From IMG/VR virus record IMGVR_UViG_3300028197_000871: a stretch of 64,000 nt of DNA, one strand, 5' to 3'. Of the stretch, positions 27,901 through 37,137 are shown one piece after another. The position numbers and the translations under genes are program-made. The stretch's first letter is position 1. The number at the start of each line of letters is the position of its first letter. Under the pieces are notes generated by a model. The model had not been told where the DNA came from and searched no databases. It saw only the letters and a program-made list of their open reading frames with translations. The stretch comes from an uncultured virus (IMG/VR IMGVR_UViG_3300028197_000871) (Duplodnaviria; Heunggongvirae; Uroviricota; Caudoviricetes).

Positions 27901-30900
27901 TCTTCTTCACCTCAGCATACTATGAGAATTCTGATCAGGGTGATATCACCACTGCTAATTCATATACCAACTTTAATTATACAACTGAGATTGGAAGTGT
28001 TAATGGTAGGAGAAATACAGACATTATTGATGCAAGACCTAGAGTAAATGATTATTCTGTTGCACAAGGTTCTAGATCGCCATTAGAATTCTATGGTAGA
28101 GATTTCCTTGATGCTAATGGTGGCACAAGTCAGAGTTCCAAGCACATTATTGCTTCTGATGAGTCAATGACTCTTGGATATGATTATTTCTTACCTAGGG
28201 CAGACAGATTATATCTTACAAAAGACAGTGGTATTCAATTAGTATCTGGAACACCAGATGATCAACCAAGACTTCCTGATGGAATCAATGGTGCTTTAAA
28301 TATTGCCAACATCTTCCTTCCTGCATACCTTTACAAAACATCTGATGCAAAGATCAACTTTGTAGAGCACAAACGATTCCAGATGAGTGATATATCAAAA
28401 CTGGAACAGAGAATCAAGAACCTTGAATACTATACTTCATTAAGTGCTCTTGAAAACAATACTCTCAATTCCTTTGTAGAAGATGCTAATGGTTTGAACA
28501 GATTCAAGTCTGGTGTTTTTGTTGACAACTTCTCATCTCTTGAACCACAAGACACATCTATTGGTGTAAGAAATGCTATTGATACTAGAAATGGTGTTCT
28601 AAGACCTTCTCACTACACTACATCTGTTAATCTTCAACTTGGTACAACTGCTGTCACTGGCATTGGTACTGTTTCTGATGCAAACCAAGATTCTGATTTT
28701 GCAGAGGTTGTTGGTATTAATGTCAGGAAGACTGGTAGAGTTCTAACTCTAAATTATCAAGATGAAGCTTGGTTGAAACAACCATATGCAACTAGAATTG
28801 AAAGTGTTACTCCTTTCTTGATCCAGTTCTGGCAGGGTGAAGTTGAAATGACACCTGATGTTGATGTCTGGATTGATGTCAATAGAGTTGAAGTTAATAA
28901 TGTGATGATGGAAGGTTCCTTCCAAGGCATCTCTGAGGCACTTGGAGCAGAGGTATCTACCACAGAGGATGGTGTAAGACTTGGTGTAAGTCCTGTCATC
29001 TGGAACTCTTGGGAGACTGTTGGAGTCAATGTGGACATGTCAATGTCCAACCAGCAGCAGTTCATTCAAGGTGGTTCTGATGTCATCTCTAATGGTCTGC
29101 TTGATAACCTCTTCCAGGGTGCTGAGGTAGGCATCAATCAGATTGTTGATGCTAGTGATACAGTAGTCAATAACATCAATGCTACTGGTGGTGTCACACT
29201 TGATCAGCAGAGAACAGGTTCACAATTCACTGTAAATGAAGTAATCAATACTGAGTCACTTGGTGACAGAATTGTAAGAAGAGACTTAATCCACTTCATG
29301 AGATCAAGAAACATCTCATTCAAAGGAACAAGACTCAAGCCATTCACAAGAGTTTATTCATTCTTTGATGATGTAGATGTAACTGCTTTCTCAGTACCAA
29401 AACTTATTGAGATTGAGATGGTTCATGGAACCTTTGTTCCAGGAGAAAATTGTTCAGGTGTAGTTGATGATGGTGGTTCTGCAATTATCAGTTCTGCCTC
29501 AGTTCCGTCAATCAACTTTAGAATTGCAAATGCTAACCATAAGTATGGTCCATATAACAATCCAACAGATGTTTATGATAGCAATCCATACAACAGAAAT
29601 AACACTATTGCATCTGTTTATTCAGAATCATCATCTATATTAAACATTGATACATTTAGTTTAGCATCACAAGACTTCCCACAATATGATGGATTTATTG
29701 GAAATGGGATGGTGTTGACTGGAAGTATTTCTGGGGCACAAGCAAAGATCAAATCTGTAAGACTTAAGTCTGATAGAGTTGGTACAGTTCTTGGATCATT
29801 TAAAGTGCCAGATGGTGGCAATCCTGCTAACCCTGTATTTGAGACTGGTAGATCTAGGTTTAGATTGACTAGCAGTCCAATCAACAACTTGACGTCAGGT
29901 GCCACAACAACTGCTGCAGAAGCAACATTCTACTCACAAGGTGATGTTGATACAACTCAACAAACAACATTATCTGTCAGAAATGCAACTGTAGAACAAA
30001 CTGATATCAGTCAGGTTAGAGCACTTTCTGATGTTGCAATTTCTAATAATATTGCAGTTGAAAGTGGATTTGATGTTGTAACCAATATTGATCAGGATGT
30101 TACTAATATCACCAATGAGTTCATTACAAATGAAATCACTGAGATTACTAATATCACTGAAGTAACAAATGTCACTAATGAGATTACTAATGTAACAAAT
30201 GTCTTTAATACTACTAATGTTACACAGGTAGTTAGACCTCCTAGACCTCCTGCACCACCTGATCCTGACCCTCTTGCTCAGACATTCTTTGTTGATGATC
30301 AGAGTGGTATATTTGTCACTAAGGTTGACCTCTTCTTCCAAGCAAAAGATTCTAATATTCCTTTCCTGTTTGAAATTAGAGAAGTTAGTCTTGGCACACC
30401 AACAACCACTGCTCTACCTTTCTCCAAGGTTAGTGTAGATCCAGATCAAATTAGTCTGAGTGATGATGGAACAGTTGCAACAACTGTTACACTCCAATCT
30501 CCTGTTTATCTGAATGGTTTGACTGAGTATGCTTTGGTTCTTCTTTCACACTCTACTGAGTATAAGGTATGGACAAGTAGATTTGGTGAGGCAGATGTTA
30601 GATCTTCTTCAAGAGAATCAGGTCAAATTCTTGTCACAGAACAACCACTGCTTGGTTCACTGTTTAAGTCACAGAATGCCTCAGTATGGACACCTTCACA
30701 GTATGAAGACCTTAAATTCAACATGTATGTTGCTAGTTTTGCTTCTTCTGGTAATTGCACATTCTACAATCCAAACCTTCCTGAGGATGTTGCTAAGATT
30801 GAACCTACTGGCGTCACAATGCTGCCAAGGCAAGCAAGAATTGGTATTGGAACCACTGTAAATGATCCTGATATTCAACTAGGCAACAGAATCACACAGA

Positions 30901-32747
30901 GAAATAATGATGTAAGTGGTGTTCTGGTTGGTTATGCTGGTTCAGCAACTGCTCAAATGACTATCACTAATGCTGGTGTTGGTTATACTCCATCTGCTGC
31001 TGGTCAACACTTCTCATATGCTGGTGTTGCTCTTACATCTGTCACAGGATTTGGTCTTAATGCAACAGCAGACATTACAGTTGTAGATGGTGTTGCAATT
31101 GGTGCCACTATTAATGTTGGTGGAGTTGGATATGCACTTGGTGATGTTCTTACACCAATCAGTGTTGGTACTCTTGAACTTGGTTCAGGTATGCAACTGT
31201 CAGTATCTACTATTCTTGGTCAGAATACACTGATTGTAGATAATGTCCAAGGCAACTATCTACCAAGTTCTAGTAATAGAATGGAGTTCATCAATGGTGC
31301 TGGTATCACTACTGAACTCAACTATGATGCTGGTGGTGATGTCATTGCACTGAACCCAATCAATGTCACAAGTCAAGGTGACTACATGAAGATCTTCCAG
31401 AGAAACCATGGTCTATACTCCAATGTAGATAGAGTACAAATCAAGGGTGTATCTAGTGATGTTATTCCTTCCACTCTTGCAACCCCATATGACTTTGATG
31501 CTACAACATTCCTTACTCTTGAAGGAACAGGTGAGTATGCACAGTTTGAGGGTGTTGGTGTTGCTGGTACTAACCCAGGTTACATCAGAATTAATGAAGA
31601 AATCATTAGTTACACTGGTGTCAATGGTAGAACACTGACTGGCATTACAAGAGGTATTGATAACACTATTGTTGCATCTCACTCTAAGGGAGAGACTGCT
31701 GAGAAATATGAACTTAATGGTGTATCATTGAGAAGAATTAATAGACCACATCTTCTTTCTAATGTTACTGCAAATGAGTTAAGTGAAGCACCAATTGGTG
31801 TTGATTACTACTATCTAAATGTAAGAATGAATGCTCAGGGAGCAAACAGAGCACCTGGCAATGTTGCAGGATTTGCACCACTGTATTTCAATGAGAGAGC
31901 AGTTGGTGGTGGTCCAAATGCACAAGCAAATTACAACTTACCATTCTCACTTTGTAATCCCAAGATTACAAATGTCACTCCATTTGGAACAAATATTATT
32001 CCACAGGTCAGAACAATTTCTGCATCTAGTGTGTCTGGTAATCAAGAGTCTTACAATGATGAAGGATTCCAACAGGTCACTCTGTTTGATAAGAACTACT
32101 TTAGTTCTTTGAGACAAGTTGCCTCACCACAAAATGAATCACAAATTCTTGCATCTCAGACATTCCCTGGCAATAAGTCCTTCTCTATGAATATGGACTT
32201 AACCACTCAAAATAGAAGACTAAGTCCTGTCATTGACCTTGATAGTTGCAGTGTTGTATTCACCTCCAATAGAATTAATGCTCCTATTACTGATTATGCC
32301 AATGATTTTAGAGTTAATGGTCTTGAGGATGACCCAAATAGATTTGTATATGTGTCTAAGAATGTAGTTCTTGAAAATCCTGCAACTTCACTGCAAGTTG
32401 TACTTGATGCATATGTATCAACCTATGGTGATGTCAGAGTATTTTATGCTTTGAATCAAGACACTAAACCAAATGAGACAATCTTTATTCCTTTCCCAGG
32501 ACACAGAAATATTGCTCCAAATGGTTCTATCATTGACCTCTCTTCTAACAATGGCACATCAGATGTGAAGGTTCCTAAGATTGACTCTTATCAACCTGAA
32601 CCATCTGTTAACTTGTTTAAAGAGTACAAGTTTACTATTGATGAACTTGTTCCATTCAAGTCATTTAGAATTAAGATTATTGGTACATCAACTGACCAAT
32701 CAAATCCTGTTCTCCTTAGAAACCTTAGAGGTATTGCATTAGCCTAA
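24993..32747 (+). CDS. Large virion structural protein, VrlC/DUF4815-like (2584 aa)
   Basis: NLNVAPYFDDFD...VLYKPGFPVQARELT, APGADRL, RIKNLEYYTSLS and DPLAQTF motifs. Confidence 0.85.
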   Translation: MPQETNLNVAPYFDDFDSQQNYYKVLYKPGFPVQARELTGMQSILQNQVEEMGNHFFKEGAKVIPGDLTYVQNFYCIQIQSEFLGVPVGIYLDQIVGATITGQTSGVTAKVVKVLSNDDSERGVYTLYINYENTGSSSEEISEFLSNEILISNKNITYATTFISAGEGFCTTITQNASAVGSAMFIADGVYFLRGYMVNVPAQTLILDQYNNTPSYRIGLDVVEEIVSSDIDQSLNDNAQGFNNFTAPGADRLRITATLSKKGLNSFNESNFVQLSTIENGNLRTIITGTEYNFLGDELASRTFDESGHYYIKEYVATVKESLNNNQGNRGLFLKNQVTTQGNVPAPDLGVYKVSPGKAYVKGYEVENISPSLIDFQKPRTTKVLKDQGINFGFGPTLAVNRVFGSPTIGINTSNSVSLRDTRMSATQDQASGEEIGVARIYDFALEGGSYDALVPDLNKWDLSLYDVQTFTNITVNEPVTLSNSVYIKGESSGATGFLRSNVSAGTAITAYQVNGDFFKGERLLFNGLVDDARYVTNSINYSLSDVRSIYSKVGVTTFTADTVQVGGFNFGNASVTGQNASNQSFITVSADPNFSFVGLVTTNNLIQYSRPDFDIVSYAKVVGVSRTNFTIEAVTSTANVNSGALPTSTEQVGSVQIIGASGVGNAGSGNITDNESIYSAFPKKNINSVNLLGSNLVIRRQYSVSITNGATTPIDCEAKEIFLAFDEERYTLIRSDGSTEVLTPDKFVYLNGSTTLQIRGLGSNAVNCKLITTIRKSEIKSKVKLKATAKSIVVDKSNSVGSGIGTTTLNDGLVYGDYPFGTRVQDEIISLNTPDVVTILGVYESQNTDNADSPHMTTSQMDGITNTTNDLIIGEIVIGSQSGAKAMFVGKKTDTSIFFVYLNKTTFKNTEVVNFESSSVNAIAGAVSLGSKNITKDFRFNNGQKGGFYDYARIVRKGTAGKPARKLKIFFTSAYYENSDQGDITTANSYTNFNYTTEIGSVNGRRNTDIIDARPRVNDYSVAQGSRSPLEFYGRDFLDANGGTSQSSKHIIASDESMTLGYDYFLPRADRLYLTKDSGIQLVSGTPDDQPRLPDGINGALNIANIFLPAYLYKTSDAKINFVEHKRFQMSDISKLEQRIKNLEYYTSLSALENNTLNSFVEDANGLNRFKSGVFVDNFSSLEPQDTSIGVRNAIDTRNGVLRPSHYTTSVNLQLGTTAVTGIGTVSDANQDSDFAEVVGINVRKTGRVLTLNYQDEAWLKQPYATRIESVTPFLIQFWQGEVEMTPDVDVWIDVNRVEVNNVMMEGSFQGISEALGAEVSTTEDGVRLGVSPVIWNSWETVGVNVDMSMSNQQQFIQGGSDVISNGLLDNLFQGAEVGINQIVDASDTVVNNINATGGVTLDQQRTGSQFTVNEVINTESLGDRIVRRDLIHFMRSRNISFKGTRLKPFTRVYSFFDDVDVTAFSVPKLIEIEMVHGTFVPGENCSGVVDDGGSAIISSASVPSINFRIANANHKYGPYNNPTDVYDSNPYNRNNTIASVYSESSSILNIDTFSLASQDFPQYDGFIGNGMVLTGSISGAQAKIKSVRLKSDRVGTVLGSFKVPDGGNPANPVFETGRSRFRLTSSPINNLTSGATTTAAEATFYSQGDVDTTQQTTLSVRNATVEQTDISQVRALSDVAISNNIAVESGFDVVTNIDQDVTNITNEFITNEITEITNITEVTNVTNEITNVTNVFNTTNVTQVVRPPRPPAPPDPDPLAQTFFVDDQSGIFVTKVDLFFQAKDSNIPFLFEIREVSLGTPTTTALPFSKVSVDPDQISLSDDGTVATTVTLQSPVYLNGLTEYALVLLSHSTEYKVWTSRFGEADVRSSSRESGQILVTEQPLLGSLFKSQNASVWTPSQYEDLKFNMYVASFASSGNCTFYNPNLPEDVAKIEPTGVTMLPRQARIGIGTTVNDPDIQLGNRITQRNNDVSGVLVGYAGSATAQMTITNAGVGYTPSAAGQHFSYAGVALTSVTGFGLNATADITVVDGVAIGATINVGGVGYALGDVLTPISVGTLELGSGMQLSVSTILGQNTLIVDNVQGNYLPSSSNRMEFINGAGITTELNYDAGGDVIALNPINVTSQGDYMKIFQRNHGLYSNVDRVQIKGVSSDVIPSTLATPYDFDATTFLTLEGTGEYAQFEGVGVAGTNPGYIRINEEIISYTGVNGRTLTGITRGIDNTIVASHSKGETAEKYELNGVSLRRINRPHLLSNVTANELSEAPIGVDYYYLNVRMNAQGANRAPGNVAGFAPLYFNERAVGGGPNAQANYNLPFSLCNPKITNVTPFGTNIIPQVRTISASSVSGNQESYNDEGFQQVTLFDKNYFSSLRQVASPQNESQILASQTFPGNKSFSMNMDLTTQNRRLSPVIDLDSCSVVFTSNRINAPITDYANDFRVNGLEDDPNRFVYVSKNVVLENPATSLQVVLDAYVSTYGDVRVFYALNQDTKPNETIFIPFPGHRNIAPNGSIIDLSSNNGTSDVKVPKIDSYQPEPSVNLFKEYKFTIDELVPFKSFRIKIIGTSTDQSNPVLLRNLRGIALA

Positions 32748-32965
32748 TGAGCAACTATATTCCTGTTGAGGGTAGAGATGGTTTTTATAGAGACACCAAA
32801 ACTGGTGCCATTGTTAATAGAAACCATCTTGAATACCAATCTTACATTAAACAGAGACAAAAATTGACCTCTGACAAAGAGAGAATTAGTAATCTTGAGA
32901 ATGATGTGAGTGATATAAAATCTATGTTAAATAACATCGTTGATTTATTACAAGACCATAAATAG
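32747..32965 (+). CDS. Conserved hypothetical protein with coiled-coil C-terminus (72 aa)
   Basis: VEGRDGFYRD..TGAIVN motif; TAATG coupling; precedes gp13. Confidence 0.8.
   Translation: MSNYIPVEGRDGFYRDTKTGAIVNRNHLEYQSYIKQRQKLTSDKERISNLENDVSDIKSMLNNIVDLLQDHK
32958..32964 (+). promoter_or_regulatory. T4-type late promoter (ATAAATA)
   Basis: Upstream of gp13. Confidence 0.65.
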
Positions 32966-32987
32966 TCGTATTAGTAGTATCCTATAA

Positions 32988-33857
32988 ATGGCTAAGCCCA
33001 CTTCAAGACAAGGATTAATAGATTATTGCCTTAGGCAACTAGGAGCTCCTGTCTTGGAGGTTAATGTTGCTCAGGAACAGATTGAAGACCTTGTAGATGA
33101 TGCAATCCAATACTTTAATGAGAGACACTTTAATGGTGTAACTCAGTTATATTTGAAGTACAAGATTACTGATGAAGATGTTGCTAGAGGAGAAGCAGGA
33201 CCACCTGGTGCTAGAGGTAAGGGCCAAGCAGGTATTACCACAACATCAGTTACTAAAACTATTGTTGGCACTGCCACAACATTTAACTACTATGAGAATA
33301 GTAACTATATTCAACTACCAGAAAGTGTAGTTGGTGTAAACAAAGTATTTCAATACAGTGACTTAGTTGGCACTGGTATGTTCTCTATGAAGTACCAGTT
33401 GATGCTTAATGATGTCATGGGTCTCAATGGTATGATGGCAGGAGGTGGATATGACCTCACTTCATACTCAATGACTATGAGTTATCTTGAGACAATGAAC
33501 TTCTTGCTCAATACCCATAAGCAGATTAGGTTTAATCAGAGAGCAAACAGGATGTACCTGGATATTGATTGGGGTAATTTGAAGGCAGGTAGATTTATAA
33601 TTATTGACTGTTGGGGTGCTATGGATCCAGCAACATATGATGGTGTCTGGAATGATGTATTCCTGAAAAAATATTTGACTGCTCTGATTAAAAAACAGTG
33701 GGGTCAAAATCTGATTAAGTTCCAAGGTGTCAAACTACCAGGTGGAATTGAATTCAATGGTAGACAAATTTATGATGATGCTATGGCAGACTTGGATAAA
33801 ATCCAAGATCAGATGTTAAGCACTTATGAACTACCACCTCTGGACCTTATAGGGTGA
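32988..33857 (+). CDS. gp13: Neck protein gp13
   Basis: LIDYCLRQLGAPVLEVNV and KKQWGQNLIKFQGVKLPGG motifs. Confidence 0.95.
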   Translation: MAKPTSRQGLIDYCLRQLGAPVLEVNVAQEQIEDLVDDAIQYFNERHFNGVTQLYLKYKITDEDVARGEAGPPGARGKGQAGITTTSVTKTIVGTATTFNYYENSNYIQLPESVVGVNKVFQYSDLVGTGMFSMKYQLMLNDVMGLNGMMAGGGYDLTSYSMTMSYLETMNFLLNTHKQIRFNQRANRMYLDIDWGNLKAGRFIIIDCWGAMDPATYDGVWNDVFLKKYLTALIKKQWGQNLIKFQGVKLPGGIEFNGRQIYDDAMADLDKIQDQMLSTYELPPLDLIG

Positions 33858-33863
33858 TTCCTC

Positions 33864-35336
33864 ATGCTGAATCCATTTTTCCTTAACGGTTCACAATCAG
33901 AACAAAGTTTAGTACAATCTCTTGTCAATGAACAACTGAGAATGTATGGTATTGAGGTGTACTATCTTCCTAGAAGATACCTCAAAACTAATAGCGTAAT
34001 TAGAGAAGTAATCCAGTCTGAATTTAAAGATGCTTATCCAATTGAAGCATATTTGGATAACTATGAGGGATTTACTGGACAAGGATCTATACTGTCAAAA
34101 TTTGGTATTGAGAATAGAGATGACTTACAACTAATCATCTCAAAAGAAAGATTTGAAGATTATATCAGTCCATTACTTGCAAATATCCCTAATAGTAAAT
34201 TAAGCACTAGACCCAAGGAAGGAGACCTTATCTATTTCCCATTGGGTGATAGATTATTTGAGATTAAGTTTGTAGAACATGAGCAACCTTTCTATCAACT
34301 AAAGAAGACCTATGTCTATGAGTTAAGATGCGAACTCTTCAGATATGAGGATGAAGTTCTTGATACTAATGTTGAGGACATTGATGATGAGATTGCACAG
34401 ATTGGTTATATGCAGACTTTGAGTCTGATTGGTGCTGGCACAACAGCAACAGCAGAAGCAACTGTATGTGCTAATGGTGCTGTCAGTCAGATTTATATTG
34501 GTAATATGGGTAGGAACTACTCATCTACTCCTACTGTTGGTTTCTCATCTGCTCCTACTGGAGGAGTTACTGCTGAAGGTGTAGCAGCAGTATCTTATGA
34601 ATATCCTGGATGTAAAGGTCAATCTGGAGTTGTCACTTCAATCTATATTACCAATGCTGGATGTGGTTATATCACACCTCCTTGGATTACATTATCAGGT
34701 GGAGGTGGTTCAGGATTTGCTGCTACAACAGGCATCAGCACTGATGGTTCTATTATGCACATCACTGTCACTGATGGTGGTTCAGGTTATGTGATGGCAC
34801 CTGCTGTATCTATTGGTCAATCTGCTGGTGTCTTCCCCACATTTGACAATACAACATACTCATTTGATACTAATCAATATACTTGGGATAGTGAGTATCC
34901 ATCAGCAAGTAGAGATGCTGTGGCAATCTCCACAATCAGCACTTCTGGTATTGTCACTGATGTATATGTCATTGATGGTGGTGAAGGATATGGAGCTGCA
35001 CCTAAGGTATTCATTACACCTCCTATGTCATTCTCAGAAGCAAATATTGGAGAAGGCACATTTAAATTTAATGAGATTGTGACTGGACAAACATCTAACA
35101 CCACTGCAAGAGTTAAAGAGTGGAATGCTGTTATAAATATTATGGAAGTGTCTATTGTTGATGGATATTTTGTAAGAGGTGAGGTACTTGTTGGTTCAGA
35201 ATCAGGTGCAAGATATGTTATTGGAAGTACAGTGACAGATGATTTAGTCACTCCTTATGCACAAAATGATGTTATTGAGTCTGAGGCAGACAAGATTGTT
35301 GATTTCTCATCAGCAAACCCCTTTGGTATGCCCTAA
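33864..35336 (+). CDS. gp14: Neck protein gp14, extended with GxGY repeats
   Basis: EQLRMYGIEVYYLPR, RPKEGDLIYFP...FEIKFVEHEQPFYQL and DFSSANPFG motifs. Confidence 0.93.
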   Translation: MLNPFFLNGSQSEQSLVQSLVNEQLRMYGIEVYYLPRRYLKTNSVIREVIQSEFKDAYPIEAYLDNYEGFTGQGSILSKFGIENRDDLQLIISKERFEDYISPLLANIPNSKLSTRPKEGDLIYFPLGDRLFEIKFVEHEQPFYQLKKTYVYELRCELFRYEDEVLDTNVEDIDDEIAQIGYMQTLSLIGAGTTATAEATVCANGAVSQIYIGNMGRNYSSTPTVGFSSAPTGGVTAEGVAAVSYEYPGCKGQSGVVTSIYITNAGCGYITPPWITLSGGGGSGFAATTGISTDGSIMHITVTDGGSGYVMAPAVSIGQSAGVFPTFDNTTYSFDTNQYTWDSEYPSASRDAVAISTISTSGIVTDVYVIDGGEGYGAAPKVFITPPMSFSEANIGEGTFKFNEIVTGQTSNTTARVKEWNAVINIMEVSIVDGYFVRGEVLVGSESGARYVIGSTVTDDLVTPYAQNDVIESEADKIVDFSSANPFGMP

Positions 35337-35339
35337 ATA
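35333..35339 (+). promoter_or_regulatory. T4-type late promoter (CTAAATA)
   Basis: Upstream of gp15. Confidence 0.6.
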
Positions 35340-35360
35340 AAGGTATATAAGTTTAAGATA

Positions 35361-36359
35361 ATGTTTGAGTATTTTTACAACGAGATCTTCAGATCTGTAA
35401 TTATTGGATTTGGTTCTTTGTTTAATGGGATTCAAGTCAAACACAAGGATGAGAATGATGACACTTTTAGTATCATCAAAGTTCCTCTTGCCTATGGACC
35501 TACACAAAAGTTCCTAGCAAGAATGGATCAGAATCCTGATCTGAATCATCCAGTTCAGATGACACTACCAAGGTTGTCATTTGAGTTTACAAACTTGCAG
35601 TATGATCCCAGTAGAAAGTCTACTCAGACACAACAACTTGTATTGACTAATGAAGATGGAACAGAGACTAAGAAGTCTTATCTTCCAGTTCCTTACAATA
35701 TGACAATCACTCTTACAGCATATACTAAACTGAATGATGATATGCTCCAAATTGTTGAGCAGATTGTGCCTTACTTTCAACCATCATATACCATCCCTAT
35801 TAAGTTCCTTGGTAATTTGAAGGAAAGTACAAATGTCCCTATTGTGCTTGATGATATTGACATGACTGATGAGTATGAGGGAAACTTTGATACTAGAAGA
35901 GCACTTCTTTATACATTTACATTTACTGCTAAGACATACGTATTTGGTCCTCTTGCAGATGTATCCAAGGATATCATCAAGAAAACTACTATTGGTTATA
36001 TTGCTGGTTCCAAGTCTGGCAAGTATGAAAGAGATGTTACCTATCAGGTCACACCTAGAGCACTCAAAGATTATGATGGCGTAGTTGCAACTCTGCTAGC
36101 AGAGAATGTTGATATGGTTGAGAATGTCATCAATGTAGATGATGGCACTAAGGTTAAGAAGAACACATACATCTATGTTGGTCAAGAGGAGATGTATGTA
36201 GAAGATGTAATTGATAATAAACTTGTAGTAAGAAGAGCACAGGACAAGACACCAATTCAGAACCATGTTCTGGGGTCTAAGGTCTACAACATCAATCAGG
36301 AAGATAATGTCAAGATTGAGGTTGGAGATGACTTTGGATTTGATGGTAATGTTTTCTGA
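35361..36359 (+). CDS. gp15: Tail sheath stabilizer / completion protein gp15
   Basis: FGSLFN, KVPLAYGPTQKFLAR, TLPRLSFE and QIVEQIVPYFQP motifs. Confidence 0.95.
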   Translation: MFEYFYNEIFRSVIIGFGSLFNGIQVKHKDENDDTFSIIKVPLAYGPTQKFLARMDQNPDLNHPVQMTLPRLSFEFTNLQYDPSRKSTQTQQLVLTNEDGTETKKSYLPVPYNMTITLTAYTKLNDDMLQIVEQIVPYFQPSYTIPIKFLGNLKESTNVPIVLDDIDMTDEYEGNFDTRRALLYTFTFTAKTYVFGPLADVSKDIIKKTTIGYIAGSKSGKYERDVTYQVTPRALKDYDGVVATLLAENVDMVENVINVDDGTKVKKNTYIYVGQEEMYVEDVIDNKLVVRRAQDKTPIQNHVLGSKVYNINQEDNVKIEVGDDFGFDGNVF

Positions 36360-36367
36360 GGTAACTT

Positions 36368-36793
36368 ATGGATAAGTATGAAAAGTTAAATGACACTTTT
36401 GATGTGGAACCTATCTCTTCAGATATTGAAAAGGTGGAAGTCAAAAAAGAGATAGACAGATATAAGTCATCTGCTGAAGATATCAAAAAAGACTATGAAT
36501 ATACAAGAGGAAACTTGTACTCAATTATTGAAAAAGGACAAGAGGCAATCAATGGCATTCTTGAGATTGCTCAAGAAAGTGAGATGCCAAGAGCATATGA
36601 GGTTGCAGGTCAGTTAATTAAAAATGTATCTGATGCCACTGACAAGTTGCTTGACCTTCAGAAAAAATTGAAGGATGTAAATGAGGAAGATAATAAAGGA
36701 CCAACTTCAGTTACCAATAATGCATTATTTGTAGGTTCTACTGCTGACTTACAGAAGATGTTGAAAAAGGTTAATCAAGACATAAATACTTAG
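36368..36793 (+). CDS. gp16: Terminase small subunit gp16
   Basis: DYEYTRGNLY, PRAYEVAGQLIK and NNALFVGSTADLQK motifs. Confidence 0.93.
   Translation: MDKYEKLNDTFDVEPISSDIEKVEVKKEIDRYKSSAEDIKKDYEYTRGNLYSIIEKGQEAINGILEIAQESEMPRAYEVAGQLIKNVSDATDKLLDLQKKLKDVNEEDNKGPTSVTNNALFVGSTADLQKMLKKVNQDINT
36782..36788 (+). promoter_or_regulatory. T4-type late promoter (ATAAATA)
   Basis: Upstream of the ORF at 36805. Confidence 0.65.
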
Positions 36794-36804
36794 AAAGCAT
36801 TGAA

Positions 36805-37137
36805 ATGGCTGTACCAGCAATCAATATCTCAATAGATAAAAGCACTTCTTTTTCACAAGATTTTATTGTGAAGAATAGTGACCAAACATCTATGAATTTA
36901 ACTGGATATACTGCTACTTCAAAGATTAGGAAGTATCCAGAAGACTCAACTTCTAATAATTTTACCTGTGGCATAACATCATCCACTGGTACTATAAAAG
37001 TTTCAATGGGTGCTTCTACTACTGCATTGCTAGCAAGTGGTAGAAACTATTATGATATTATAATTACATCAGGAGTAGGAACTGTCACAAAAGTGTATGA
37101 AGGCACTGCAATGGTAACTGCTACTGTATCTGCATAA
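36805..37137 (+). CDS. Small beta-rich virion protein (110 aa)
   Basis: NLTGYTATSKIRK...GRNYYDIII...VYEG pattern resembles phage baseplate/fibre-attachment domains. Confidence 0.7.
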   Translation: MAVPAINISIDKSTSFSQDFIVKNSDQTSMNLTGYTATSKIRKYPEDSTSNNFTCGITSSTGTIKVSMGASTTALLASGRNYYDIIITSGVGTVTKVYEGTAMVTATVSA

